Assembly: GCA_965541585.1 (NCBI GenBank)
Contig: CBEUCH010000005.1
Coordinates: 32,001-96,000, forward strand
Length of the DNA stretch: 64,000 nucleotides
Source of the DNA: an uncultured bacterium
GTDB lineage: Bacteria; Zixibacteria; MSB-5A5; UBA10806
Reading direction: 5' to 3'
Part shown: positions 20,654 through 31,477 of the stretch, one piece after another
Numbering within the stretch: the stretch's first letter is position 1
Layout: each line of letters begins with the position of its first letter
The notes under the pieces: model-generated
Seen by the model: the letters and a program-made list of their open reading frames with translations, nothing else
Told to the model about the DNA's origin: nothing
Databases searched by the model: none
Made by a program: the position numbers and the translations under genes

Positions 20654-22312
20654 TCAATGCGATTTTATATAGTCGGCAATCCGCCGTGGATCCAACGATC
20701 CCTCGGGGATTGCTATTCCTTTGTCTGCAAGACACTTGCGAAGCTTCACCAGCGGATCGTGGGCAAGACCCAGTTCAACTGAATGGGCCGGATCGGAGAA
20801 AAATTCGGCTGACGGTAAATCGAATACAATTCTTCCATCCCTCAAGCCTATAATTCTATCAGCCAGTTCAGATATGAAAGGAATGTCGTGACCGATCACA
20901 AGAACACCGGCACCCGAATCGGCAATTTCCCTGATGATGGCTGCAATATCTACCTGCGCCGATGGATCCAGAAAGGCCGACGGTTCATCGAGGATGGCGT
21001 AGTCCGGATCAGAGGTCAGGACACATGCAAACGACAATTTGCGCTTTTCGCCGCCGGAGAGAGAATCCACGATCCTATCGTCGAGCCCGGCCAGGCCAAC
21101 CTGCGATAAGATTGCTTCTATATCGATACCCTCTATCTCTAAATTCTTTGCCATGAATCCGATATCATCCGCCACCGTGGGGCCTATCAGCACTGCATCG
21201 GGAATCTGCCAGCTAATGCCGATGCACCGTCTGAGGGACCTGGAATCATACGCAGATAATGGTCTCCCCATCAGTTGAACATTGCCATTCTCAGGCTTCA
21301 AGAGCCCGGACAGTAAGAAGGCCAGAGTCGATTTCCCTGAACCTGCGGGACCGACCAGGCCGACTATCTGCCCTCTATACAGTTCTAAATTTTCTATATC
21401 TATTGAAAAGGAATTCGGGGAATATCTGAAATAGATATCCGTAGCGCGAATATAAGGGTCATTCGGCGTTGAAAAACCGGGCTTCTTTTCAATGGTTGTA
21501 TTCTTCCTTCTTTCAACATTCGCGCAGAAAGACTCGATAGCACCAGTTTCGGCATAATCGAATCCGAGCCACCTTTTACAGGCTAACCTTCTGGGCATCA
21601 TCGAACTGCGACCGGTAAGCGCATCATGATCTTCCAGGACTTCCCGGGGGTCTCCGTCAGCAACCAGATCCCCGGAGTCGAGAACCAATACTCTGCAAGA
21701 TCTTAATGCCTCGTCGGGATATTGAGTCACATGCAGAATCGTCAGATCATCATCACGGAGAGAATCGAGATGATCGAGCAGGATATGTCGAAAATGAGTA
21801 TCGAGAAATGTAGTCGGCTCATCCAAAAGCAGAACCTCCGGTAAAACCGCCAGGGCACATGCCAGGTTCACGACTTGCATTTGCCCTCCGGATAAGGAAT
21901 CGGGGCTTTTGCCGAGAAGATCCTGTAAGGAAAAACGCTCGATGATCTGCTCGAATCTACTTACCTGAACTTCATGTGAAAGGCCAAGATTCTGAAGCAC
22001 CGACAGGATTTCCCGTTTTACATCGGGCATTAGAAATTGCCCCGACGGCTCCTGAAATACCACGGCAACGGTGCCGAAAAAATCCTCGCCGAATTGCCCG
22101 GGAGAGACCATTCTACCGCATATCCTGATAGAACCGTTCTCGATAGGAACCATCCCGCATAAGGCTTTCAGCAAAGTCGTCTTGCCGGAACCGTTGGGAC
22201 CCAGCACAGCCAGGTATTGGCCCTTTTCCACATCGAGACTCAGCGAGGATATTGCGGGCAATATGCTGCCGTTGCGCCTGTATTCAACCCTTATATTCTT
22301 GATCTCAATCAT
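20654..22312 (-). CDS. ECF-type (EcfA1-A2 fused) dual ABC ATPase
   Basis: Two NBDs: GPNGSGKTT/VFQEP/LSGG/LDEPT and GPAGSGKST/WQIPD/LSGGEKRK/LDEPS. Confidence 0.85.
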   Translation of the reverse strand: MIEIKNIRVEYRRNGSILPAISSLSLDVEKGQYLAVLGPNGSGKTTLLKALCGMVPIENGSIRICGRMVSPGQFGEDFFGTVAVVFQEPSGQFLMPDVKREILSVLQNLGLSHEVQVSRFEQIIERFSLQDLLGKSPDSLSGGQMQVVNLACALAVLPEVLLLDEPTTFLDTHFRHILLDHLDSLRDDDLTILHVTQYPDEALRSCRVLVLDSGDLVADGDPREVLEDHDALTGRSSMMPRRLACKRWLGFDYAETGAIESFCANVERRKNTTIEKKPGFSTPNDPYIRATDIYFRYSPNSFSIDIENLELYRGQIVGLVGPAGSGKSTLAFLLSGLLKPENGNVQLMGRPLSAYDSRSLRRCIGISWQIPDAVLIGPTVADDIGFMAKNLEIEGIDIEAILSQVGLAGLDDRIVDSLSGGEKRKLSFACVLTSDPDYAILDEPSAFLDPSAQVDIAAIIREIADSGAGVLVIGHDIPFISELADRIIGLRDGRIVFDLPSAEFFSDPAHSVELGLAHDPLVKLRKCLADKGIAIPEGSLDPRRIADYIKSH

Positions 22313-22350
22313 AAGAAAGCCCCGATAGGCGGTCGGGGTGGGGTGGATAT

Positions 22351-23820
22351 TCAGCCTTGGTATGAAACATCCGGATCTCTGGCAGCCGAGACCTCGTCCA
22401 ACCGAGTAACCGGTGTTTGGTGAGGCGCCGCTCTAACCTTCTCGGGATCGCTATCGATCTCGTCGGCAATCTCATTCATTATCCTGACGAAATCATCCAG
22501 TGAAGCTTTGCTCTCCGTTTCGGTCGGCTCGATCATCAGCGCTTCCGAGACGATCAAAGGAAAGTAGACAGTAGGAGCATGAACTCCGAAATCCAGAATG
22601 CGCTTGCCTATGTCCGAGGCTCTCACGCCTCTTGCTCTCTGCCTGCCCCCCGAAAGAATAAATTCATGCATCGTATCGCCATCGAACGGCAATTCAAATC
22701 GATGTCTTAATTTTTCTCTTAAATATGAGGCGTTTATAATGGCCGCCTCCGAGATTTCAGAAAGGCCGGCAGCGCCATTTTGACTTATATAACAATAGGC
22801 GCGGATCAGATTCCCTATGTTGCCATAGAAACCGTGAATCCTCCCGATCGTGCCGGGATGTTTATAATCGAGATAGAAAAAATCGGCGCCTTTCCGATCC
22901 TGCTTTCTGGCCACCACGGGAACCGGCAGAAACGGCTCCAGGGTAGAATTGACTCCCAGAGCTCCGGCGCCCGGACCGCCTCCCCCGTGAGGCGTTGAAA
23001 ACGTCTTATGCATATTGAAATGCACGACGTCGAATCCCATGTCTCCCGGACGGGCTAAACCGAGCAAGGCATTGAGGTTGGCGCCGTCCATATAGAGTAT
23101 ACCGCCGGATTCATGAACCAGATGCGCTATTTTCTGGATATCCGATTCAAACAGACCGAGAGTATTCGGATTGGTCAGCATAAACGCCGCCAGGTCATCT
23201 TTGCAATGTTCCGCAAGCGCATCAATATCTACCCTGCCGCCGGAGTTCGATGGTATCTGTACGACCTCGTATCCTGCCATGGTTACCGATGCCGGATTGG
23301 TGCCATGAGCCGAATCGGGTAATATTACTTTGCGCGGATTTCTTTTATTGCTGCGATGATATTCTCGAATCATCAGCAGCGCTGAAAACTCTCCCTGTGC
23401 GCCGGCGGCCGGCTGCAACGTTACCGCATCCATGCCCGCTATTTCACATAACATTTCAGATAGCTGATAGAGCAAGCGAAGTGTACCCTGAACCAGTTCG
23501 TCGGGGTAGAATGGATGCGCAAGCAGGAATCCCGGCAATCTGGCGAGATCCTCATTTATCTTCGGATTATACTTCATGGTGCAGGAGCCGAGTGGATATA
23601 TACCCCGGTCCACATGATGGTTCTTGAGTGAGAGCGAGATGAAATGTCTCATCACCTCCGGTTCCGAAACCGATGGCAGATCCGGCGGCTCGGTGCGCAG
23701 GCAATCTTCCGGTAAAATCTCCCGAATATCCGGCTGCGGCACGTCGAATTCGGGGAGAGAGATACCCGTCGTCCCTTCTTGAGACATATTGAAAATCAAT
23801 TTATCGTAAATACCCGACAT
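22351..23820 (-). CDS. gcvPB: Glycine dehydrogenase (decarboxylating) subunit 2
   Basis: YPLGSCTMKYNP, SAHGTNPAS, HKTFSTPHGGGGPG, EPTETE; start placed at ATG 23820. Confidence 0.96.
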   Translation of the reverse strand: MSGIYDKLIFNMSQEGTTGISLPEFDVPQPDIREILPEDCLRTEPPDLPSVSEPEVMRHFISLSLKNHHVDRGIYPLGSCTMKYNPKINEDLARLPGFLLAHPFYPDELVQGTLRLLYQLSEMLCEIAGMDAVTLQPAAGAQGEFSALLMIREYHRSNKRNPRKVILPDSAHGTNPASVTMAGYEVVQIPSNSGGRVDIDALAEHCKDDLAAFMLTNPNTLGLFESDIQKIAHLVHESGGILYMDGANLNALLGLARPGDMGFDVVHFNMHKTFSTPHGGGGPGAGALGVNSTLEPFLPVPVVARKQDRKGADFFYLDYKHPGTIGRIHGFYGNIGNLIRAYCYISQNGAAGLSEISEAAIINASYLREKLRHRFELPFDGDTMHEFILSGGRQRARGVRASDIGKRILDFGVHAPTVYFPLIVSEALMIEPTETESKASLDDFVRIMNEIADEIDSDPEKVRAAPHQTPVTRLDEVSAARDPDVSYQG

Positions 23821-24671
23821 TACATTCCATCTTCGAGGTCGGCGATGCGCTTTTTTACCCATTCGGCGTTTTCACTTTCGGGATGCTCCTCAACAAAAAT
23901 CCGATATATCTTCAACGCCTTTTTCAAATCGCCCAGTTTCGCCGTATAGTTTCCTATCATGGCGGCAGCCTCGTCTGCCTCCTCTGTGCCCTTGAACATT
24001 CTTAATAGTTTTTCACAGGTTGCTATTGCTCTTTCATAATCTTTAGCACGTCCCTGAGTGTCGTGCATGGAGGCCATGGCTCTGGCTCCATATCCCTTCT
24101 CGTTATCAGAATCAAGCCCAATAACTTTTCCATAGTACTCGATCGCCTCGTCGTATCTGGAACGGCTGGCGTACTTCTCCCCGATCATAGAAAGATAATC
24201 AAGATTTTCCGGCTCATCGTCCAGGCGACTCAGATAATCTTCCAGGGTCTCTTTGCCCTGAAGATACAACTGGACCTGATTATAGAAATCCGTGGGGGGC
24301 AGATAACCCCAGATGCGATCGATCTCTTCGCCATCGGATTTTGTTATAACGATAGTGGGAAATCCTGAGATTGCGTACTCTTGAGCAAGAGCGGTATCGA
24401 CCTCGGCATTTATCTTAACAAAGACATAATCGAGGGACATGCCGATCACCAACGGATCGACAAAGGTAACAGTATCCAGGGCCTTACACCATTTGCACCA
24501 GTCGGTGTAGAAATCAATTATCATAGGCCTGTCAAAATCAACGGCCAATTCCCTGGCGGTCTCGAAATCGGTCTGGAATTCGATTTCTGCGGGTAACGGT
24601 TTTTTCTCTGATCCGCAGGAGAGCCCGATAACCGATATAACGAGAATCGACGATAGAATCTTATACCTCAT
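23820..24671 (-). CDS. Thioredoxin-like (WCKWC) plus TPR lipoprotein
   Basis: Lipobox GLSC, DFYTDWCKWC, GFPT cis-Pro loop, C-terminal TPRs. Confidence 0.85.
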   Translation of the reverse strand: MRYKILSSILVISVIGLSCGSEKKPLPAEIEFQTDFETARELAVDFDRPMIIDFYTDWCKWCKALDTVTFVDPLVIGMSLDYVFVKINAEVDTALAQEYAISGFPTIVITKSDGEEIDRIWGYLPPTDFYNQVQLYLQGKETLEDYLSRLDDEPENLDYLSMIGEKYASRSRYDEAIEYYGKVIGLDSDNEKGYGARAMASMHDTQGRAKDYERAIATCEKLLRMFKGTEEADEAAAMIGNYTAKLGDLKKALKIYRIFVEEHPESENAEWVKKRIADLEDGM

Positions 24672-24754
24672 AATATCTCCTCCTGAGTTACTAAGATTTC
24701 CACAATATCGAGAATTCTTTTTTCGTATTGTCTCTCATCAATCATCTGGTTACT

Positions 24755-26092
24755 TTATCCTCCCGCTTTCGAGAGTTCGTAAACAAGATTATCAATCTGA
24801 CGCCTCGATCTTTTTTCGGTGACCGCCACCATCAAGCATCCCTTAAGCCCTGATTTAAATCGTCCCATATCGAGTCCGGGGACGATGCCCTTTTTGGCCA
24901 GCCTGCCGATAAGGCGATGCGGGGAGACCGGCGTTTCGACCACGAACTCTTTGAAAAATGGCCCGCTGAATTTTAATGAGAAACCGGGAATATCAGAAAT
25001 TTTCTCGGCTGCATAATGTGCTTTCGATAGACATAGTTTTCCCGCTTTTTCAAGACCCGATTTGCCGAGCAGCGATAAATATACCGTGGCGGCCAGGGCG
25101 CAGAGCGCCTGATTGGTGCATATGTTGGAGGTGGCACGGGCGCGTCTGATATGCTGTTCCCGCGTCTGCAGCGTCATCACATAGCCAATCCTTCCCTCTT
25201 TGTCCGTTGTCCGCCCGGATAATCGACCGGGCATTTTGCGAATGAATTCGCGGCGGGCCGACAATAGCCCCAGGTAAGGACCTCCATAGTTCAAAGGAAT
25301 GCCGAGACACTGACCCTCAGCGACCGCCAGATCGGCGCCGCAGTCGCCGGGAGGAGCCAGAATTCCCAGCGATAGAGGATCGTAGATATTTATATATATG
25401 GCCCCGGCTTCTTTGATATCCGCAGAAATCTCCGCAGGCTTTTCAATCAGCCCAAAGAAATTCGGGCTTTGTATTACTGCCGCGGCAGTTTTCTCAGAAA
25501 TCCTGGACCGAAGTCCTGAAAAATCAGTAATGCCATCATAAGTATCGATATACCTGATCTTCGCATCCCGCCCCGATAAATAGGTTTTCGCAGTTTCGAT
25601 ATAATTCGGATTGACCGATCGGGAGATCAACACCTCTTTCCTGCCGGTGTGTGAGACCGCCATCATCACCGCCTCGGCCAACGCCGATGCACCATCATAC
25701 AGGGACGCGCTGGTAACAGCCATTCCAGTCAACCTGGAGATGAACGTCTGAAATTCATACATGGTCTGAAGCGTCCCCTGTGCCGCCTCAGCCTGATAGG
25801 GGGTGTATGCCGTGTAATATTCCGAGCGCAGCAAAATATGATCGATTGCCGATGGCACGAAATGATCATACGCTCCCCCGCCGACGAATCCCGATTCGAT
25901 ATCACTGTTCTGTTTCGCAATAGACTGAAGCTCCCGGCCAAGTTCATGCTCCGATAATGGTCCCGGCAGATTCATCGGCCTTTTCAGACGCAGGCTGGCC
26001 GGAACAGATTTTATCAGGCTTTCAAAATCCGAAACGCCGATTTCCTCAAGCATACGCTTGCGGATTCCCGCTGAATTAGGGATATAACTCAT
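24755..26092 (-). CDS. gcvPA: Glycine dehydrogenase (decarboxylating) subunit 1
   Basis: YTAYTPYQAE, QTREQHIRRARATSNICTNQAL. Confidence 0.96.
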   Translation of the reverse strand: MSYIPNSAGIRKRMLEEIGVSDFESLIKSVPASLRLKRPMNLPGPLSEHELGRELQSIAKQNSDIESGFVGGGAYDHFVPSAIDHILLRSEYYTAYTPYQAEAAQGTLQTMYEFQTFISRLTGMAVTSASLYDGASALAEAVMMAVSHTGRKEVLISRSVNPNYIETAKTYLSGRDAKIRYIDTYDGITDFSGLRSRISEKTAAAVIQSPNFFGLIEKPAEISADIKEAGAIYINIYDPLSLGILAPPGDCGADLAVAEGQCLGIPLNYGGPYLGLLSARREFIRKMPGRLSGRTTDKEGRIGYVMTLQTREQHIRRARATSNICTNQALCALAATVYLSLLGKSGLEKAGKLCLSKAHYAAEKISDIPGFSLKFSGPFFKEFVVETPVSPHRLIGRLAKKGIVPGLDMGRFKSGLKGCLMVAVTEKRSRRQIDNLVYELSKAGG

Positions 26093-26095
26093 GAA

Positions 26096-26476
26096 TTACT
26101 TATTCTCTATAAAAGCCCCGTAATCGGCAGCCGACAAAAGACTTTTTAATTCTACAGAGTCTGAAACTCTAATTTTGATAATCCAGCCGTCGCCGTAGGG
26201 ATCGCTGTTTATGATGGAGGAATCGCCTTCAACATCACCGTTGACCTCGGCGACCTCACCTGTCAGCGGACTGAATAAGTCCGATATCGCTTTAACGGCT
26301 TCGATAGTGCCGAACGGCTTCAAACATTCAACCTTTGTGCCGACTCGGGGAAGTTCCACGAAAACAATGTCGCCCAGTTCACCCTGGGCATAATCGGTAA
26401 TCCCTACCGTGGCGATATCCTCTTCGAGTTTCACCCATTCGTGTTCTTTGCTATATAATAAATCTTCGGGAATCAC
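26096..26476 (-). CDS. gcvH: Glycine cleavage system H protein
   Basis: [20 protein letters not shown] lipoyl site, DPYGDGW. Confidence 0.96.
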   Translation of the reverse strand: MIPEDLLYSKEHEWVKLEEDIATVGITDYAQGELGDIVFVELPRVGTKVECLKPFGTIEAVKAISDLFSPLTGEVAEVNGDVEGDSSIINSDPYGDGWIIKIRVSDSVELKSLLSAADYGAFIENK

Positions 26477-27867
26477 TTCTCCTCCTTGATCACCAGGTCT
26501 TCATCCAGCTCAGAATTTCCTTTCTCGGCCGCCAGAAACTTTTCAACAAAAGAATTATCATAATTGCCCAGGATAAAATCTCTGTCCTTAAATACCCGCT
26601 GGTAAAATTCTCTCGTGGTCGGTATCCCTTCGACTATAAATTCTTCCAGGCAACGTTCCATTCTCTTGATAGCCTCCTGCCTGTCGGCGCCTGATACTAT
26701 CAGCTTGGCGATGAGAGAATCGTAATTCGGCGGAATTACATATCCGGCATAGGCGTGTGTGTCAACACGTACGTTGTGTCCACCCGGAATATGGAACGCC
26801 GTTATCTCACCCGGAGCGGGGATGAAATTCCTATCCGGATCCTCAGCGTTAATTCGGCATTCCAATGTGTGTCCGGAAAAAGTGATATCCTGCTGTCCGA
26901 AAGAGAGCTTCTCACCCGCGGCAATCCTGATCTGTTCCTTAATAAGATCGATGCCTGTAACTTCCTCCGTTACGGGATGTTCGACCTGAATGCGGGTGTT
27001 GACCTCCATAAAATAGAATTCGTTATTTGAATCCACCAGGAACTCGAAAGTCCCGGCCCCTGTATAGCCTGCCGCCCTGGCGCCGCCCACTGCCGCCTGA
27101 CCCATTCTCTCGCGCAGCGGCACGGTCATTATGGGCGATGGCGATTCCTCAATCAGCTTCTGATGTCTCCGCTGAATTGTACAGTCGCGCTCTCCCAAGT
27201 GGACAGTGTTGCCGGATGAATCAGCCAGCGTCTGAATCTCCACGTGGCGAGGATTCGTAATGAATTTCTCAACATATACATCGGGATTACCGAATGCGAT
27301 GTTGGCCTCGGTCCTGGCAGTATTGAAGGCGTTATCCAGCTCCTTGCGCGATTTTACAAAGCGCATGCCGCGCCCACCACCGCCTGCTGTAGCCTTAATC
27401 ATAACAGGATAGCCGATGGCCTCGGCGGCAACTTCAGCCGCCTTGATATCGGCTACGTTTCCCAGCGAACCGGGAATTACGGGCACTCCGGCGCCCGCCA
27501 TGGTCTTCTTGGCCAGCGACTTATTCCCCAGGGCCCTGATGACGTCATGGTGCGGGCCGATAAATACGAGCTGGCAGGACTGACAGACCTCAGCGAAATC
27601 GGGGTTCTCGGCCAGAAAGCCGTAACCCGGATGGATAGCGCCTGCATTGGTAATCTCGGCCGCCGATATTATGCGACGCGGATCGAGGTAACTCTCGCCG
27701 GGAGGGGGCTTCCCTATACAGACGGATTCATCCGCAAAGCGAACGTGCAATGAATCAGCGTCCGCCTCGGAATATACGGCAACCGATGATATCCCCAGCT
27801 CCTTACAGGCCCTGATTATTCGTAAGGCTATCTCGCCCCTATTGGCGATCAAGATTTTATCAAACAC
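26473..27867 (-). CDS. accC: Acetyl-CoA carboxylase biotin carboxylase
   Basis: [36 protein letters not shown]. Confidence 0.96.
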   Translation of the reverse strand: MFDKILIANRGEIALRIIRACKELGISSVAVYSEADADSLHVRFADESVCIGKPPPGESYLDPRRIISAAEITNAGAIHPGYGFLAENPDFAEVCQSCQLVFIGPHHDVIRALGNKSLAKKTMAGAGVPVIPGSLGNVADIKAAEVAAEAIGYPVMIKATAGGGGRGMRFVKSRKELDNAFNTARTEANIAFGNPDVYVEKFITNPRHVEIQTLADSSGNTVHLGERDCTIQRRHQKLIEESPSPIMTVPLRERMGQAAVGGARAAGYTGAGTFEFLVDSNNEFYFMEVNTRIQVEHPVTEEVTGIDLIKEQIRIAAGEKLSFGQQDITFSGHTLECRINAEDPDRNFIPAPGEITAFHIPGGHNVRVDTHAYAGYVIPPNYDSLIAKLIVSGADRQEAIKRMERCLEEFIVEGIPTTREFYQRVFKDRDFILGNYDNSFVEKFLAAEKGNSELDEDLVIKEEK

Positions 27868-28096
27868 AGTATTCCCACCTGCCCGTTTAAAACTTCAATT
27901 GCACAATATATCATATTTCGATCTACGATCAAACAGAATTTATCCCCGTTAGGGGAAGCGGACTAAAAACGTGATTCTCTTCTCCCATAGGGATTACTAT
28001 ACCTTTTAGCTCTTGGTAGAAGAAAACTCCAGGAATGGGGAGTAGAAATGTCGAAGATCCCCGGCTCTGCCGGGCGGCTGTGTTTGGAAGAACCTG

Positions 28097-29230
28097 CTAC
28101 AAGCTGAGATCGTCCGGTTGCTTATTGCTTTCCTCGAATTCCGTCCAGCCTCTGTCGGATGCTGAGGTTATGCCCTTGACTCTGAGATCGAAATCGTCCG
28201 GATTAGAACACTGGACCATAGCTTCTTCGTAACTGATAAATCCTGAGCGATAGAGTTTCATAATAGACTGGTCGAAACTCTGCATGCCATACTGGATGTT
28301 CCCCGATTCTATCAAATCGAGTATCATTGACGTCTTCTCAGGGTCAATGATAGCCTCCCGTATGGAGCCAGTTGAGATCAGAGCTTCCACTGCCGGCACG
28401 CGCCCGGGGCCGTCGCAACGTGGAAGAAGCCGCTGACAGACGATTGCTTTCAGCGTACCTGCCAGAAGCAAACGGATTTGCTGATGCTGATGCGGTGGGA
28501 AAAAAGAGATAATCCTCGATATCGTCTCCACCGCATTTAGCGTGTGCAGAGTAGTGAGAACGAGGTGCCCTGTATCGGCCGCGGTCAGGGCAATATTCAT
28601 CGTATCGGCGTCCCGTATCTCGCCCACGAGAATAATATCCGGATCCTGCCTGAAAGCGTGCCGCAGGGCGGCCGAGAAATTCTCGGTATCGCCTCCCACC
28701 TCTCTCTGTGAGATAATCGATTTCTTATCGCGATATATATATTCGATGGGATCTTCAATGGTGAGAATATTCTCCGACCGCGAGCTGTTGATATGTTCCA
28801 CTATGGAGGCTAAGGTTGTCGATTTACCGGAGCCGGTGGTGCCCGTAACGATGACGAGGCCGCGCTTGTTGGCGGCAATCTCTTTCACAACGCCCGGCAG
28901 GTTCAACTCCTCGAAACTCGGTACCTTTGTATTCACCTGCCGAATGGCTATTCCTATGGTGCCACGCTGCTTATAGAGGTTGATCCTGAAGCGTCCCATC
29001 TTGGAGATGGAGAGGGCCAGATCCATTTCACGCTTCTTATGAAAACGTTCTTTTTGCTCATCATTGAGAATCTGGGAAAGAATCTTATCTATATCGTCGT
29101 GGACCAGAACCTGATCATCGAGCGCAACAAGGCTGCCGTCGACTCTTACAATTGGGCGTATTCCCACCCGTACATGCAAATCCGAGGCACGCCGGCTTAG
29201 CATCTCCTGCATCATCTGTTTGAAAGTCAT
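28097..29230 (-). CDS. pilT: PilT/PilU family type IV pilus retraction ATPase
   Basis: ASDLH, GTTGSGKST, TIEDPIE, RQDPD, GEIRD, TGHLVLTTLH, GMQSFDQ. The AIRNLIRE motif is replaced by SIREAIID, so a PilU-like paralog is possible. Confidence 0.85.
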   Translation of the reverse strand: MTFKQMMQEMLSRRASDLHVRVGIRPIVRVDGSLVALDDQVLVHDDIDKILSQILNDEQKERFHKKREMDLALSISKMGRFRINLYKQRGTIGIAIRQVNTKVPSFEELNLPGVVKEIAANKRGLVIVTGTTGSGKSTTLASIVEHINSSRSENILTIEDPIEYIYRDKKSIISQREVGGDTENFSAALRHAFRQDPDIILVGEIRDADTMNIALTAADTGHLVLTTLHTLNAVETISRIISFFPPHQHQQIRLLLAGTLKAIVCQRLLPRCDGPGRVPAVEALISTGSIREAIIDPEKTSMILDLIESGNIQYGMQSFDQSIMKLYRSGFISYEEAMVQCSNPDDFDLRVKGITSASDRGWTEFEESNKQPDDLSL

Positions 29231-29335
29231 AAATCACACCTCACAGGATATAATCCATATCAATATCACAAACGCCCGTTTTCTACAGGCATCAATGACT
29301 ATATCGACAGCTTAAATTGGAGATTGAGCGTACGG

Positions 29336-29806
29336 TCAGGCCGGCTCAACCAAAAACAGCGCCTGGCCGAACTGAACCGGTTTGGCATTCTCCACAAGAA
29401 CTTCTACGACTCGACCGGAGGTATCCGATTCAATCTCATTCATGAGCTTCATGGCCTCAATAATGCACACCACCTGCCCGCTTTTAATGGTCTGGCCGAC
29501 TTCAACATACGGCCTGGCATCCGGTGCAGGTGATATATAGAATGTGCCGACCATGGGGGATTTTATCTCGATCAGCTCAGTCCTCGAAATCGGCTGTTCA
29601 GGAGCTTCGGAGGAGACTTCGATCTGCTTAGTTTTTTCCCGCCGTGATAATTGTTCGATATCAGGCCCCGGATTGCCCTTATGATTGCCGTTGAGATCGA
29701 CTTTTTTGCGGATGCAGACTTTTCGCCCCCAGCTCCAGACTTCGAGTTCGTCTATGTTCGATTCCTCTACGAGCTTGATCAGCATCCTTATTTTCGATGG
29801 TCTCAT
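29336..29806 (-). CDS. accB: Biotin carboxyl carrier protein
   Basis: SPMVGTFY, EAMKLMNE. Confidence 0.96.
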   Translation of the reverse strand: MRPSKIRMLIKLVEESNIDELEVWSWGRKVCIRKKVDLNGNHKGNPGPDIEQLSRREKTKQIEVSSEAPEQPISRTELIEIKSPMVGTFYISPAPDARPYVEVGQTIKSGQVVCIIEAMKLMNEIESDTSGRVVEVLVENAKPVQFGQALFLVEPA

Positions 29807-29841
29807 CTTACTTTCCCCCGTTTGATCCGGACCAGGTCAAC

Positions 29842-30912
29842 TCAGAGCTCCAGAAGATCCTTCGGCGATTTGCTCAATATCTGACCTCCTGAGGCGGTAA
29901 TCAATACATCGTCCTCGATCCGGACGCCACCCCAGTTAGGAATATATATTCCAGGCTCTATGGTCACAACCATGCCTTCCCTGAGAATATCTGTCGACCT
30001 GGGATTTAACGTCGGGCGATCGTGGACGATCATCCCGATGCCATGCCCGAGGCCGTGCCCAAAATTATCTCCGTAACCATCTTTCATAATAATCTCCCGG
30101 GCGACACCATCCAGACGGCTACAGGCCAAGCCCGGCCTGGCCGCTTTACATGCCTTTTTCTGCGCGGTGAGAACGATACCGTATATTTTTTTCTGCCTCG
30201 CCGTCGCCCTCCCCAGCACCACCGTTCTGGTGACATCAGACGCGTAACCCTGGTATACGGCGCCGAAATCGAGCGTGACAAAATCCCCCTTGCGTAGTTT
30301 TTTGTTCGAGGCCCTCCCATGAGGCATCGATGAGCGCTGCCCCGAGGCGACTATGAAATCGAACGCGCCTGCGTCGGCGCCATGGGACCGCATACTGTAC
30401 TCCAATTCGAGCGCAATATCCTTTTCTTTAATCCCGGGCTTCACATATTTTAGAGTCTCCGAAAAAGCCTGATCGGCGATACGCACCGCCTTTCTTATCT
30501 TCCTTATCTCCTCGCTGTCCTTCGCCACGGTCAAGGATTCAATAAGGTTTTCCGTAGGCTTGAAGTCAGCTTTGGGCAATAGTTCTTTCAGTTGCTCATG
30601 GAGTTTCAAGGACACGAATGCCGCCTCGACTCCCACCCTGATCTTCTTTGAGAAAACAGGCAGCCTGGGCAATTCGGAGGTTAGCTCGCGATCCGCGATA
30701 ATCACCTGACAATCTTTGACTTCTTTCTGAGCCTGTACCAGATACCTGAAATCAGTTAAAAAATACGCCTTCGGGGGAGCCAGGATGACCATACCGTTGG
30801 AGCCGGAGAATCCCGAAAGATAACGAACGTGGTTAATCTCGGTTACCAAAAGGCAATCGATCTTGTTCTTTTTTAGCAGGCCGAAAGCCTGCCGTATCCT
30901 CCGGTCAGTCAT
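29842..30912 (-). CDS. Xaa-Pro aminopeptidase (M24B)
   Basis: Creatinase-like N-terminus, DFGA..GYASD, HGLGHG, TIEPG, GVRIED. Confidence 0.93.
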   Translation of the reverse strand: MTDRRIRQAFGLLKKNKIDCLLVTEINHVRYLSGFSGSNGMVILAPPKAYFLTDFRYLVQAQKEVKDCQVIIADRELTSELPRLPVFSKKIRVGVEAAFVSLKLHEQLKELLPKADFKPTENLIESLTVAKDSEEIRKIRKAVRIADQAFSETLKYVKPGIKEKDIALELEYSMRSHGADAGAFDFIVASGQRSSMPHGRASNKKLRKGDFVTLDFGAVYQGYASDVTRTVVLGRATARQKKIYGIVLTAQKKACKAARPGLACSRLDGVAREIIMKDGYGDNFGHGLGHGIGMIVHDRPTLNPRSTDILREGMVVTIEPGIYIPNWGGVRIEDDVLITASGGQILSKSPKDLLEL

Positions 30913-31477
30913 TTTTATTGAGCCTTTTATTCAACTCCTCGATTCTTCTCTTGAGATCCATATTCTGAGGATCCTTTTCGAGCAAATCGTAGTAAATCTT
31001 CAAAGCCTTATTGTAATAGCCCTGCTCGGCACAGATCTCTGCAAACGTCATCGTATCGAAATCAATTCGTTGTTCGGATGATGCCGCTGGTTCCACCGCA
31101 TTGAAGGCGGTCACTTTTTCTCCAGCCGCATTGCCATCGAAATCGATCTCGCTCAAACCGGGGAAAAGACTCTCCGCCTGCAAACGCCCGTAGTCAGCCC
31201 TGGTGATATCTTGCTTTTGTCTGTGAATCTGCCCTAACAAAATCCAGCCATTGATATGTTCCGGATCACTGGCCAGGAGCCTGTCTATCAACTGGGCGGC
31301 TTTATCAAGATCGCCGAGCTGAAAGGCCAGACCCGCAGCCACCATATAGAGATCGTCCTCATACAGGCCCTGGCGAATCGCCTGCAAAGCTTGATCTAAA
31401 GCCTCCTGAAGCATACCATTTTTTGCGATCTGGTCGACATCGTAGGCTATCGATGCCTTTTTTTCGTTATTCTCCAT
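30905..31477 (-). CDS. TPR-containing hypothetical protein
   Basis: TPR-like helices; TMTFAEICAEQGYYNKALKIY. Confidence 0.75.
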   Translation of the reverse strand: MENNEKKASIAYDVDQIAKNGMLQEALDQALQAIRQGLYEDDLYMVAAGLAFQLGDLDKAAQLIDRLLASDPEHINGWILLGQIHRQKQDITRADYGRLQAESLFPGLSEIDFDGNAAGEKVTAFNAVEPAASSEQRIDFDTMTFAEICAEQGYYNKALKIYYDLLEKDPQNMDLKRRIEELNKRLNKND

